From NCBI GenBank assembly GCA_963803025.1, contig CAWDKZ010000022.1, forward strand, positions 11,917 through 75,916: DNA of 64,000 nucleotides. The letters are read 5' to 3'. The first letter of the stretch is position 1. Every line of letters starts with the position of its first letter. Made by a program: the position numbers and the translations under genes. Under the pieces are notes generated by a model. That model was not told the origin of the DNA. It was given only the letters and a program-made list of their open reading frames with translations, and ran no database searches. Shown piece by piece: positions 1-12,766 of this stretch. Source of the stretch: an uncultured Acidimicrobiaceae bacterium. Lineage in GTDB: Bacteria > Actinomycetota > Acidimicrobiia > Acidimicrobiales > Bog-793.

Positions 1-272
1 GCCTTCCAGAAGCCGGCGGCACCGAGAACTCCGTGGCTGATGAGGTACCAGGCCTGATAGCAGCCCGCGAAGTCGTAACCGAGCACGGCTCGGTTCGCTT
101 CGAGCACGCTCCACAGCACCAACGCCACGAGTTGAACCGCGAGGACTGCCAGCCCCCATCGGCGAATCCGGTGCAGTTCGACCTGCTCTCGCAGGGCGCG
201 GCGAGAAAGGGGCACCCCGGAAGCATCAGGCGTCTCGAGCGCGACGGGCTGCGATTCCGACGCCGTCGTCAT
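1..272 (-). CDS. membrane protein, N-terminal part; the gene runs off the left edge
   Basis: A reverse-strand ATG at 272-270 opens MTTASESQPVALETPDASGVPLSRRALREQVELHRIRRWGLAVLAVQLVALVLWSVLEANRAVLGYDFAGCYQAWYLISHG and stays open to position 1. A charged N-terminus is followed by a hydrophobic helix. It is absent from the ORF track because no stop falls inside the window. Confidence 0.5.
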   Translation of the reverse strand, partial: MTTASESQPVALETPDASGVPLSRRALREQVELHRIRRWGLAVLAVQLVALVLWSVLEANRAVLGYDFAGCYQAWYLISHGVLGAAGFWK

Positions 273-479
273 CGTTGACCCGTGGGTGGAGACGCCAACG
301 CTTCTGCTTCCTCGCTCGCTGTCCAAAACGCAGCACGATCTGCAGGCAGGGCCAGGGTAGTCGTGCCGACCGATGCCGGATCGGACCGGGAACAGCCCCG
401 GATTACCCCCGGCTGAAAGGGAGTTTCGGGCAGACGGCGTCAGGCCTTCTCGGATCCGCCGGGCAAGCCTCTGTGGTGA

Positions 480-2801
480 TCATCGCGACGCGTCTGCGCC
501 GTCGGCGATCCCGGTGGTCGCGGATCTTGTCCGCGCCCGGCGGTGCCAGAAGCGCGGCACGATTCCGAGAGCGATGAGGGTGACAATGGCGAGGGCAAAG
601 AGTTCCGGATAATCGGCATAAGCCTGATACCGGAACGTCACGACGTGGCTTCCGGGGCTCACCCGGACCCCGACGTACGCGGGGCCGATCATCTCGGTCT
701 TCTCCGGTCGCCCGTCGACCGTGACGCGCCATCCCGGATCGAACGTCGCCTTGAGCAGCACGACCGCGGTGCGATTCGCCCTCACGGTCACGCGCACGAG
801 TCCGTCGGCGAGGTCGTCGGACTGGCGAATGACCTCTCCGGCGGGTCCTTTGGGGAGCTTCGGCGAGGCGAGCGTCGGGGTGGCGGCCGAGCGGCCCCCG
901 AACGCGACCACGGGGTACAGCCCTTCACCGGCACGGTCGGCTTGCACGAACGACGCCGAGTCCGCCCCGAGGTGTGCCCTGTCCTCGACGAGCGCGGGAC
1001 CGTAGGTGTCGACCACCTGGACGTAGCCGTCGTGCGGGAGGATCCAGAGCTCGTAGGCACCGGCCCGCTGGAGGAGCCGCGCGCCCGGAGGCGTCTTATG
1101 TCCCGCCGGGTAGATGAGGAAGCGCACACCGAAGAGGGCGAAGTCGGCGGGATTGGCGTCATCGAAGTACGCCTCGGGGTCGCTCATCAGCGAGAAGGTG
1201 CGGTTCGTGAAGCCGATCTCGTCCACCTGGTCGTTTGTCAGGTACTCGGCGACCGGCACCCATCCGACGCGGAAGCGCGCCCCCCAGCCCGAGAAAGCCA
1301 TGCCGGCGTAGACGCGTCCGCCGCCGAGGCGCTCAACCGTCGCGACCAGTCGGTTGACCTGCATCTCCGCAGTCGACGCGGCACGCTGCGTCGCGATGAA
1401 GCTCGCGTCGGCGGCATCGGCGCTCGCGATCTCGGTCCACGCTGGCGCCATCGCCCCGATCACGAGGCCCGCGATCAGGACACGGGCGAGGACCGGACGC
1501 AGGCCCCGGCCCAGCCAGGAGTCGATCCCCCCTCGGAACACGCGGCGTGCAGCGAGAAGGGCGAACTGTCCGAGAGCGACGGCCCCGACGCCGGCGAGGA
1601 GAACACCGCCCAGGTGCACCCCGATGAGGAAGCGTCGAGTGAAGATGTCTCGGTTGCCGGGCAGCAGGTCGTAGACCGGCCCGAGCGTCGTCCTGCCGAA
1701 GAAGAACACGAGACTCGTGAGGAAGACGAGCACGTGGGCTCGTGAGGCGAGGTGGCGCCGCCACCGCACGAGGCAGCCGAAGAGCCCGACGCCGGCGAGG
1801 ATCGTGATCACGGGAAACCGGCCCTCGTCGAAGATCTGTCCCGTCACGAGCCAGCTCAACACCTGTCGGGCGCCGTAGGAGTTGGCGTCCGGACCGTTCT
1901 GCAGGAACTCGTCGATCGACGTCCAGCCGCGGTAGGCGACCAACGGGACGATCGCCCAGGCAGCGAGGCAGAACCCACCGACGGCGACGACGAGTGCACG
2001 TCCGAGGCGCTCGACGACGCGGGACGGTCTGAGGACGAGCCACAGCGCGACCGGGACGAAGGCGAGATAGCCGGTTTCGAAGTGGAGCGCGGCGGTCAAG
2101 GCGATGAAAAGGGCGGCGAGCAGGTAGTTGCGGCCGTCGTTGACGGCCCGCCAGGAGAATCCCCAGGCGAGTGGGAGCGTCCACATGCCCCAGGCCTGCG
2201 ACCAGACCCCGAAACCGCTCCAGAGATAGGCACCCTGCTCGTATCCGATGCCGATCGCGCTCGCGAGGAAGGGCGCGACCAGGGCGGCGAACGCCGACTC
2301 CCAGCGGGTCCAGCCGAAAAGTCGCCCAGCGGCATAGACGCTGATGGGCCAGGAGACGACGAGCAGATACAGCATGAAGCTGAACGACTGATTCGCGCCA
2401 AAGACGAGTCCGATCAGCCCGGTGATCATCGCTCCGAGGCTCTGGTAGTGGAGATAAAGCGGGGACCCGAGACCGAGATACGGGAACCACCCTTCGAGGG
2501 GAAATCGGCCGGCCCTCAACAGGGCGACTGCGTAACGCACCATTTCCGAGTGGAAGGCGGAGTCGTTGAGGTGCGGTACGTACGCGATCTCCGAGCGCAG
2601 CTCGATCGCGATGAACACGACCGGGGCGAGGACGACGCCGGCCGGCCCGAAGCGGGCGAACCGCGGGGAACCGCGCCCGGGCTTCGTATCGGCAGCGCGG
2701 TCGGACTCGGTCACGGGCGCGGACGAGCCGACGGTGGCCGAAGCACGGCGAAGATCCGCGACCAAGGCATCGGACTGGCCGGGAGAATGCTCACTACCCA
2801 T
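480..2801 (-). CDS. polytopic membrane protein, YfhO-like (putative GT-C type glycosyltransferase)
   Basis: This is the 786-aa ORF, with many hydrophobic helices. The C-terminal soluble part ends PGWRVTVDGRPEKTEMIGPAYVGVRVSPGSHVVTFRYQAY followed by a terminal TM helix, as in YfhO-family proteins. I place the start at ATG 2801 (MGSEHSPG) because a GAGGA lies 9 nt upstream. Confidence 0.6.
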   Translation of the reverse strand: MGSEHSPGQSDALVADLRRASATVGSSAPVTESDRAADTKPGRGSPRFARFGPAGVVLAPVVFIAIELRSEIAYVPHLNDSAFHSEMVRYAVALLRAGRFPLEGWFPYLGLGSPLYLHYQSLGAMITGLIGLVFGANQSFSFMLYLLVVSWPISVYAAGRLFGWTRWESAFAALVAPFLASAIGIGYEQGAYLWSGFGVWSQAWGMWTLPLAWGFSWRAVNDGRNYLLAALFIALTAALHFETGYLAFVPVALWLVLRPSRVVERLGRALVVAVGGFCLAAWAIVPLVAYRGWTSIDEFLQNGPDANSYGARQVLSWLVTGQIFDEGRFPVITILAGVGLFGCLVRWRRHLASRAHVLVFLTSLVFFFGRTTLGPVYDLLPGNRDIFTRRFLIGVHLGGVLLAGVGAVALGQFALLAARRVFRGGIDSWLGRGLRPVLARVLIAGLVIGAMAPAWTEIASADAADASFIATQRAASTAEMQVNRLVATVERLGGGRVYAGMAFSGWGARFRVGWVPVAEYLTNDQVDEIGFTNRTFSLMSDPEAYFDDANPADFALFGVRFLIYPAGHKTPPGARLLQRAGAYELWILPHDGYVQVVDTYGPALVEDRAHLGADSASFVQADRAGEGLYPVVAFGGRSAATPTLASPKLPKGPAGEVIRQSDDLADGLVRVTVRANRTAVVLLKATFDPGWRVTVDGRPEKTEMIGPAYVGVRVSPGSHVVTFRYQAYADYPELFALAIVTLIALGIVPRFWHRRARTRSATTGIADGADASR

Positions 2802-2869
2802 CGGGTGAATTCCTCGGCAAGGCGTGCGCATTCGGATCATCTACCCGTCGGTTCCGCATCTCGCGACGC

Positions 2870-3334
2870 TCACGTCTTGCGAGGCGCGCTCTTGGTACAA
2901 ACCGTGTCGTGGATCAGCTTGGTGAGTTTGTGCACCTCCGTGGTGAGATCGGTGTTCTGCTGAACGGCGACCGACAGCTTGTGCTCGACGCCGCTGATCT
3001 GCTGGTCCTGCGCACTGATCCGGGCGAGGGTCCTCTCGAGGTTGCGTTCGGAGCGGTTCGACGATGCCCCCACGAGGAATCCGATGTAGAGCTCAGCGAT
3101 GGTCGTGATGGTGTTCAGCGGGAAGTTGAAACCATTCGAGGTGAACCACGCGGGCAGGAAGCTGTGCTTGGCGAAGTAGGGACCGAGCGCGATCCAGGTC
3201 CCGACGAGCAGGATCCAAATGATGATGTTCGTCGGTGTCCCCATGCCGTAGCTGACTTTGTCGGCTATCCGTTGAAACAGCGAGAGCCTTTCTGTGGTTG
3301 CGACCGACCGCGACGGGTGCAGCACCTGGTTCAT
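2870..3334 (-). CDS. small membrane protein, low-affinity iron permease (Fet4-like/PF04120)-like, with a coiled-coil tail
   Basis: The pattern FQRIADKVSYGMGTPTNIIIWILLVGTWIALGPYF...LNTITTIAELYIGFLVGASSNRSERNLE resembles that family. ATG 3334 has a GGAGG 5 nt upstream. GC is about 58% by hand count over 100 nt, lower than the flanks. Confidence 0.6.
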   Translation of the reverse strand: MNQVLHPSRSVATTERLSLFQRIADKVSYGMGTPTNIIIWILLVGTWIALGPYFAKHSFLPAWFTSNGFNFPLNTITTIAELYIGFLVGASSNRSERNLERTLARISAQDQQISGVEHKLSVAVQQNTDLTTEVHKLTKLIHDTVCTKSAPRKT

Positions 3335-3641
3335 CACGCCTCCGTTCTCGCTCCTGTTGGTCGTGAAGCGTAGGGCGTCGGAATCGAGGATCGATGGACG
3401 GCAACTGCCCGGCAAGAGGCGGATAGGGGGCCTGTCCGTGGCTGCGTCCGGCAGGCCTCGTCCGAGAGCGCCGGGCGCTGCCGGCGGACGGTGTCGATCC
3501 GGCGCGAGCCGGATAGCCGTCCCCGCCGGTCAGCCGTGGCCGACGTCGCGCCTCACCTCGCCCGGGGACCCTCGCCGTCGGGGGCTCGCGGCCGGTTCGT
3601 AGGACGCGCCGACCCACGGTGGGCGGCGCGGGTGGGTTCGG

Positions 3642-4250
3642 CTAGGGGATCTCGGACAGTTCGCCGTTCGCGCCGCGGCCGAAGAGCGGAAGGGAACCGA
3701 GGGAGTGGACGAGACCCGCGTCGGGTCCGAGAGTGTCCCGCCAGGCCGCTCCTTCGGTCGCGAGGACCCCGACGGCGATCGGATGCGCGCCGGCGCGCCG
3801 CAGGAGGGCGAGCGCGGCGTGCACGGACGCTCCCGTCGAGATGACGTCGTCGATCAACGCGACGTTCCGACCGGCGGTGACGTCGATCCGATTCCGGTCG
3901 AGCAGGAGCTGCTGAGTCCCGCCGGTCGTGATCGATCGAAGGGGCTCGGAGAGGGCGTCGACGAGGTGGATCTTCGGGGTCTTCTGGAGCACCAGGTAGT
4001 CGTCGATTCCAAGCGCCCGGACGACTTCGATGGCGATCGGAATGCCCATCGTCGCCACGGAGGCGATGACCTCGACGCCGAGCGGCGCAAGCTGGTCGGC
4101 GAGTTCGCGTCCGGCTTGCTCGGCGAAACGCACTCCCTGGTCGACGGTGATCAACAAGGCGATCGCCAGGTCGTCGGAGACGGCCATCAGCGGCAGGTCC
4201 AGATCCTGTGAGCCGATGCGGGCGCGATGGACACCGAGCGGCGCGGTCAC
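3642..4250 (-). CDS. phosphoribosyltransferase (adenine/purine PRT-like)
   Basis: It carries the PRPP-binding motif NVALIDDVISTGASVHAAL within a 202-aa type I PRT-like layout. Confidence 0.8.
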   Translation of the reverse strand: MTAPLGVHRARIGSQDLDLPLMAVSDDLAIALLITVDQGVRFAEQAGRELADQLAPLGVEVIASVATMGIPIAIEVVRALGIDDYLVLQKTPKIHLVDALSEPLRSITTGGTQQLLLDRNRIDVTAGRNVALIDDVISTGASVHAALALLRRAGAHPIAVGVLATEGAAWRDTLGPDAGLVHSLGSLPLFGRGANGELSEIP

Positions 4251-4287
4251 CGCGAGATCGTGGCCCGCGGGTGCCGGAGATGCAACA

Positions 4288-5190
4288 TCAGCGAGACGGT
4301 GACCTCTTGGTCCGTCTGCGTTGGTCGAGCCCGCCGGCGAGGATCGACCGCGCCTTGGTCACGTCTTCGCCGCGGGGTCCGTGCCCGGAGCCCGGGACCT
4401 CGAGAATCGCCGGGACGCGGTCGAGCAGGGGATGGCTGACGAGGAGCCCGAGCGCCTCGGCCCCGATCTCGCCCTCGCCGAGGTTCTCGTGCCGATCCCG
4501 ATTTGACCCGAGAGCGACCTTCGAGTCGTTGAGGTGAATGCAGGCGAGCCGGTCGAGTCCGATCGTCCGGTCGAGCTCGAGCACGACATGGTCGGCTTCG
4601 GTTGCGTCTCGATACGCGACGCCCGAGGCGAACAGGTGCTGGGTATCGAGGCAGGCGCCCAGGCGGCGGTCGCGATCCGCCGCCTCGATGATGGCGGCGA
4701 TCTCGTCGAAGGTTCGCCCGACGGTGCCGCCGGCCCCGGCCGCGTTCTCGATGAGGAGTGGGCAGGTCGCGGCGCCGAGGGCGTCGCCGGCCTCGTCGAG
4801 CGCCGAGGAAAGCCGCGCCGCGACGGCCGCGATCACGGGCTCGAAGCCCTCACCGCGGTGACTCCCGACGTGAACGATCATGCCGGCGGCGCCGATCGCC
4901 GACGCGGCGACGAGGTTCTCGGCGAGACAGACCCGCGAACGCTCGGCGAGACCGAGATCGGGTGACGCGAGGTTGATGAGGTACGTCGCGTGGCAGAACG
5001 TCGCTTGGACCTGCGTCTCGGCTTGTTGCGCGGCGCGGTAGGCGTCGAGCTCGGCCGCGGTGTGCGAAGGGCTGCGCCAGGTGCGCGGGCTCTGAGTGAA
5101 GATCTGGATGACATCGGCGTCGAGTTCCCGGCCGCGTTCGAGCGCCCGTTCGAGACCGCCCGACGAGCTGACGTGCGCGCCGATGAGCAT
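4288..5190 (-). CDS. nfo: deoxyribonuclease IV (endonuclease IV)
   Basis: MLIGAHVSSSGGLERALERGRELDADVIQIFTQSPRTW together with HVGSH, LIENAAG and IHLNDSK are typical Nfo TIM-barrel motifs. Confidence 0.9.
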   Translation of the reverse strand: MLIGAHVSSSGGLERALERGRELDADVIQIFTQSPRTWRSPSHTAAELDAYRAAQQAETQVQATFCHATYLINLASPDLGLAERSRVCLAENLVAASAIGAAGMIVHVGSHRGEGFEPVIAAVAARLSSALDEAGDALGAATCPLLIENAAGAGGTVGRTFDEIAAIIEAADRDRRLGACLDTQHLFASGVAYRDATEADHVVLELDRTIGLDRLACIHLNDSKVALGSNRDRHENLGEGEIGAEALGLLVSHPLLDRVPAILEVPGSGHGPRGEDVTKARSILAGGLDQRRRTKRSPSR

Positions 5191-5231
5191 CCCAGGACGG
5201 TAACCGCTCCCGGGGCGCGTAGCCTTGGCGC

Positions 5232-6743
5232 GTGGCCCGCAAGTTCTTCATCCGTACCTTCGGTTGCCAGATGAACGAGCACGACTCCGAGCGGATCGCC
5301 GCCGACCTCGTCGCGGACGGCCTCGAGCGCACCGACGACCTCGACGCGGCGGACGTCGTCGTCCTCAACACCTGCTGCATCCGCGAGAACGCCGACACCA
5401 AGCTCTACGGTCACCTCGGCCAGCTGAAGTCGCTCGCCGAGCGCCGACCGGGCCTCCAGATCGCGGTGGGGGGTTGCCTCGCGCAAAAAGAGCGGGAGGC
5501 GATCCTCGCCCGGGCGCCCCATGTCGCGGCGGTCTTCGGCACGCACAACGTCGGGCGGGCCGGGCACCTCCTCGCCGAGGCCCGACGCCTCGGCCGCCCG
5601 GTGGTGGAGGTCCTCGAGGCGCGAAGCGACGACGCCGACGCCTTCGCCGCAGCGCAGCTCGTCCGTCCGGATCTGGCGTATGCGGCGTGGGTGACGATCC
5701 AGGTCGGCTGCAACAACTCCTGTGCCTTCTGCGTCGTGCCGTCGGTGCGCGGTCCCGAGCAGAGCCGGCCCTTCGGCGAGCTCGTCGAGGAGGTGCGGGT
5801 CCTCGCCGCACGCGGCACGACCGAGGTGACCCTCCTCGGCCAGAACGTGAACTCCTACGGCCGAGACCTCGCGCTCCGGTTGCGGAACACGCCCGGGAGC
5901 CACCTCGACGAGGCGCGCCTCGCCGGCGCGGCCTGGGCCGACGACAAGAGCCGCGCGCCGCGGCCGCTCTTCGCCGATCTGCTGCGGGCGATCGGCGCGA
6001 TCGAGGGGATCCGCCGGGTCCGGTTCACGAGCCCGCACCCCAAGGACCTCCGCCCGGAGACGATCGCCGCGATCACCGAGACCGGGGCGGTTTGTGAGCA
6101 GCTCCACCTGCCGCTCCAGTCCGGGAGCGACCGCGTGCTCGCCGCCATGCGCCGCGGCTACAGCGCGCGGCGGTACCTCGACCGGCTCGCCGCGGCGCGC
6201 GCCGCGATCCCCGACCTGGCGGTGACGACCGACGTCATCGTCGGCTTCCCCGGCGAGACCGACGCTGACTTCGACGAGACGCTCGCGGTCGTCGCCGAGG
6301 CCGCCTACGACAGCGCCTTCACCTTCGTCTTCTCGCCGCGGTCAGGCACGCGGGCTGCCGAGATGATCGACGCCTTCGTCCCCCCCGGCGTGATCGCGGA
6401 GCGCTTCGCCCGCCTGAAGGAGGTCGTCGACCGCTCGGCGTTGCAGCGCAACCGGGCGCGCATCGGGCGCGTCGAAGAGGTCGTCGTCGAGGGGCCCTCG
6501 AAGAAGGACCCCGGCGTCCTCGCCGGGAGGACGCGCCAGGGAAAACTCGTCCACTTCGACGGGGGGGAGCGCGGCATGGCGCCGGGCGTCTACGGCACGG
6601 TCCGCATCTCCTCGGCGGGACCGCACCACCTTGCCGGCGAGCTGGAGTCGCGCGAAGCATCCGCCGTTGCGCGACGCGACCGTCGGCGAACCGCGCTCCC
6701 CGGGCGCACCTCGGGGCTGCGAATCGCGGCCGATTTCCGCTGA
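5232..6743 (+). CDS. miaB: tRNA-2-methylthio-N6-dimethylallyladenosine synthase
   Basis: It has the N-terminal FIRTFGCQMNEHDSE, the radical-SAM CNNSCAFC motif and a TRAM-like C-terminus. The start is GTG 5232. Confidence 0.93.
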   Translation: MARKFFIRTFGCQMNEHDSERIAADLVADGLERTDDLDAADVVVLNTCCIRENADTKLYGHLGQLKSLAERRPGLQIAVGGCLAQKEREAILARAPHVAAVFGTHNVGRAGHLLAEARRLGRPVVEVLEARSDDADAFAAAQLVRPDLAYAAWVTIQVGCNNSCAFCVVPSVRGPEQSRPFGELVEEVRVLAARGTTEVTLLGQNVNSYGRDLALRLRNTPGSHLDEARLAGAAWADDKSRAPRPLFADLLRAIGAIEGIRRVRFTSPHPKDLRPETIAAITETGAVCEQLHLPLQSGSDRVLAAMRRGYSARRYLDRLAAARAAIPDLAVTTDVIVGFPGETDADFDETLAVVAEAAYDSAFTFVFSPRSGTRAAEMIDAFVPPGVIAERFARLKEVVDRSALQRNRARIGRVEEVVVEGPSKKDPGVLAGRTRQGKLVHFDGGERGMAPGVYGTVRISSAGPHHLAGELESREASAVARRDRRRTALPGRTSGLRIAADFR

Positions 6744-6809
6744 TATCGACGCGCGCACGGTTGTCGCCCAGGCGGGATCGCGCCGGGCCCGGACGTAGAC
6801 TGCCGTGAC

Positions 6810-9548
<2,739 letters not shown>

Positions 9549-9554
9549 AGCGCG

Positions 9555-10718
9555 ATGGCGCCCGCAGACGAGCGCGGGTCCCGTCCGGATGCGGGGACCG
9601 AATCGACGTCGATCGCCGAGGACCTTGGCGCGCTCCGGGTCCGTCTCGACGCGGCACGGAGCTACCTGCGTCTCGACGAGCTCGTCGCCGAGATGGCGAG
9701 GCTCGAGCCCGAGGTCGAGGCGCCCGACCTCTGGTCGGACCCCGAGCACGCCCGGGCGGTGACGACCGCCTACGGGCGCGTGCGGACCGAGGTGGAGACC
9801 TTCCGGAGCCTCGCCGCGCAGCTCGAGGACGCCGCGGCGCTCCACGAGATCGCGACGGCCGAGGGCCCCGACGCCCTCGCCTCGGTCGAGGACGACCTCG
9901 CCGGGTCGGTCGCCGCACTCGGGCGCGCCCTCGACGACCTGGAGCTGCACAGCCTGTTCTCCGGCGAGCACGACGACCGGGACGCGGTCTGCGAGGTGCA
10001 CGCCGGCGCCGGCGGCACCGACGCCCAGGACTGGGCGGAGATGCTGCTCCGGATGTACCTGCGCTGGGCGGAACGCAGGAGCTTCTCGGCCGAACTCGAG
10101 GAGGTGACGGCCGGCCAAGAGGCGGGGATCCTGTCGGCGACGTTCATCATCCGCGGCCGCCACGCCTACGGGCTCCTGTGCGCCGAGCGCGGCGTCCACC
10201 GTCTCGTGCGGATGTCGCCGTTCGACTCGGCGCACCGCCGCCACACGAGCTTCGCGTCGCTCGAGGTGACGCCGTTCCTCGAGGATCTCTCGGCCGAGGT
10301 CGTCATCGACGAGAAGGAGCTGCGCGTCGACACCTACCGCTCGTCGGGGGCAGGCGGGCAGCACGTCAACGTGACCGACTCGGCGGTGCGGCTCACGCAC
10401 CTGCCGACGGGGATCGTCGTCGCGGTGCAGAACGAGCGGAGCCAGTACCAGAACAAGGCGAAGGCGATGCAGATCCTCGCTGCCAAGATCGCCGAGCGCC
10501 AGCGCGAGGAGCGCCGCCGGGAGCTCGCGCAGCTCGCCGGGCCGCAGACCGAGATCGAGTGGGGAAGCCAGATCCGCTCGTACGTGCTCGCGCCCTATCA
10601 GCTCGTGAAAGACGTCCGGACCGAGCACGAGACCGGGGACGTGGAGGCCGTGCTCGACGGGGACCTCGACGCGTTCATGGTGGCCTACCTGCGCTGGCGC
10701 CGGGGCGGCGCGCCGTAA
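9555..10718 (+). CDS. prfB: peptide chain release factor 2 (single uninterrupted frame)
   Basis: It carries GAGGQHVNVTDSAVRLTHLPTGIVV (GGQ motif) and the SPF tripeptide (RMSPFDS). The N-terminal helical region is in the same frame, so there is no internal UGA frameshift site. Confidence 0.93.
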   Translation: MAPADERGSRPDAGTESTSIAEDLGALRVRLDAARSYLRLDELVAEMARLEPEVEAPDLWSDPEHARAVTTAYGRVRTEVETFRSLAAQLEDAAALHEIATAEGPDALASVEDDLAGSVAALGRALDDLELHSLFSGEHDDRDAVCEVHAGAGGTDAQDWAEMLLRMYLRWAERRSFSAELEEVTAGQEAGILSATFIIRGRHAYGLLCAERGVHRLVRMSPFDSAHRRHTSFASLEVTPFLEDLSAEVVIDEKELRVDTYRSSGAGGQHVNVTDSAVRLTHLPTGIVVAVQNERSQYQNKAKAMQILAAKIAERQREERRRELAQLAGPQTEIEWGSQIRSYVLAPYQLVKDVRTEHETGDVEAVLDGDLDAFMVAYLRWRRGGAP

Positions 10719-10935
10719 CGGCTTCGTCGTGCCGTGTCCTCGGTCCGGCGTCGGTCGACTGGTAGGGTGAGGCGCGCCTGTGACGCCGCCCTCATCCGAA
10801 CGGGAGATGCTCCCGACGCGCCCGACAGGTGGCTAGGACAGGGGTCCGCGTGTCGGCAGGGCGGACGTCGCCACCGGGCCCGTAGGCGGCGAACCGCACG
10901 GCCTGGCATCGGCAGCGACGACGAAGAAGAGGCTG

Positions 10936-11757
10936 ATGATCCGCTTCGAGGACGTCACGAAGACCTACAAGGGAGGATCGGTCACCGCGCTGCGGGACAT
11001 CTCGCTCGACATCGACAAGGGCGAGTTCGTCTTCCTCGTCGGGTCCTCGGGCTCGGGCAAGACGACGTTCCTCCGGTTGCTGCTGCGTGAGGAGATGCCG
11101 GACACCGGCAAGATCTGGGTCGCCGGGCGGGAGATCGGCGGGCTGTCGCCGTGGCAGGTGCCCTATCTGCGGCGCAACCTCGGCTGCGTCTTCCAGGATT
11201 TCCGTTTGCTGGCGAACAAGACCGTGTTCGAGAACGTCGCCTTCGCGCTCGAGGTGATCGGGCGCAACAAGTCGGTCGTGAAGTCGCAGGTCGGCATCGT
11301 CCTCGACCTCGTCGGGCTGGGCGAGAAGGCGGACCGGATGCCGGACGAGCTCTCCGGCGGCGAGCAGCAGCGGGTCGCGATCGCCCGGGCCTTCGTCAAC
11401 CGCCCGCTCGTCCTCATGGCCGACGAGCCGACCGGCAACCTCGACCCGGCGACGAGCCAGGGGATCATGAAGCTGCTCGACCGGATCAACCGGACCGGCA
11501 CGACGGTCGTCATGGCGACGCACGACGTCTCGATCGTCAACTCCATGCGCCGGCGCGTCGTCGAGCTCGACCACGGCCGGGTCGTCCGTGACCAGGCCCG
11601 CGGCGTCTACGGCTACGCGAGCGAACTCTCCAACACGACGTCGCGCGGGGTGCCCGCGGTGTCGATCGTCGACGAGGGCGACCTCGCCGGATCCGACAAG
11701 GGCGTACCGGTCACCTCCCGCGTCGCGGCGGCACGCGCCCGCCGGGGCAACCGGTAG
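10936..11757 (+). CDS. ftsE: cell division ATP-binding protein FtsE
   Basis: [23 protein letters not shown] (Walker A) and [14 protein letters not shown] (signature) are present. There is a C-terminal extension of about 45 aa. Confidence 0.92.
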   Translation: MIRFEDVTKTYKGGSVTALRDISLDIDKGEFVFLVGSSGSGKTTFLRLLLREEMPDTGKIWVAGREIGGLSPWQVPYLRRNLGCVFQDFRLLANKTVFENVAFALEVIGRNKSVVKSQVGIVLDLVGLGEKADRMPDELSGGEQQRVAIARAFVNRPLVLMADEPTGNLDPATSQGIMKLLDRINRTGTTVVMATHDVSIVNSMRRRVVELDHGRVVRDQARGVYGYASELSNTTSRGVPAVSIVDEGDLAGSDKGVPVTSRVAAARARRGNR

Positions 11758-11767
11758 CGGACGCGAG

Positions 11768-12655
11768 ATGGCCGTATCGCTCGACTACGTCGCCCGGGAG
11801 ACAGCGACGAACCTCTGGCGCAACCGTGTCATGGCGATCGCGGCGGTGCTCACCGTCGCGGTCTCGCTCTCGCTCGTCGGGACGGCGCTCCTGCTCCGCC
11901 AGGCGGTGAGGAGCCAGTTCGCCGAGTGGTCAAACAACGTCAGCCTCCAGATCTTCGTCGTCGCCAACGCCAACGCGAGCCAGGTCGCGCAGGTGCGCTC
12001 CCGCGTCGGTCAGGTCCCGCAGATCACACGGTGCACCTACCTCGACCACGAGCAGTCCTACAACCAGGCGAAGGTGCTCCTTGCCGACGCGCCGACGGCC
12101 ATCGCGGCGCTGACCCCGGCGATCACGCCGACGGTCTTCCGCTGCCAGTTGCAGAACCCGGGCGAGGCCAGCGCGGTGGCCGCCACGTTCCGGGGCAGCC
12201 CGTACGTCTACAGCGCGACCTTCCCGGGCCAGAGCATCCGGGTCATGCAGAAGTTGGAGGGCGCAGCCCAGGTCATCCTCATCGTGATCGCGCTGGTGCT
12301 GCTCGTCTCGTCGCTCGTGCTGATCCTGAACGCGATCCGGATGGCGATCTTCGCGAGGCGGCGCGAGGTGGGCGTGATGAAGCTCGTCGGCGCGACGAAC
12401 TGGTTCATCCGGGTCCCGTTCATGCTCGAGGGGCTGATCCAGGGCCTGCTCGGCGCGGTCGTCGCCGTCTTCGTCGTCCTGCTCGCCAATTTCGGCGTGA
12501 GCTATCTCGTCAGCCACTACCAGGTGGCCCTGTTGTCGTCGGCCGCGCTCTCGCCGCGGGATCTCTTCTTCACCGACCTCGTTGTCGTGCTGTTCGGTGC
12601 CGCCATCGGCATCGTGGGTTCGTTCGTCGCCATCCGCCGGTTCCTCGACGTCTGA
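11768..12655 (+). CDS. ftsX: cell division permease FtsX
   Basis: ATG 11768 gives MAVSLDYVARETATNLWRNRVMAIAAV, in frame with the 355-aa track ORF. It has four TM segments and lies directly after ftsE. Confidence 0.9.
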   Translation: MAVSLDYVARETATNLWRNRVMAIAAVLTVAVSLSLVGTALLLRQAVRSQFAEWSNNVSLQIFVVANANASQVAQVRSRVGQVPQITRCTYLDHEQSYNQAKVLLADAPTAIAALTPAITPTVFRCQLQNPGEASAVAATFRGSPYVYSATFPGQSIRVMQKLEGAAQVILIVIALVLLVSSLVLILNAIRMAIFARRREVGVMKLVGATNWFIRVPFMLEGLIQGLLGAVVAVFVVLLANFGVSYLVSHYQVALLSSAALSPRDLFFTDLVVVLFGAAIGIVGSFVAIRRFLDV

Positions 12656-12766
12656 GCCGGATCCCGCGGCCACCCTGTGGCGGTTTCGGCTCGGTACGGG
12701 CCCCGAGCCCCCACCAGGCCGCCCCACTACGCTTCCGGCGGTGAGGCAACCCTGCGGTCGTTCCCG

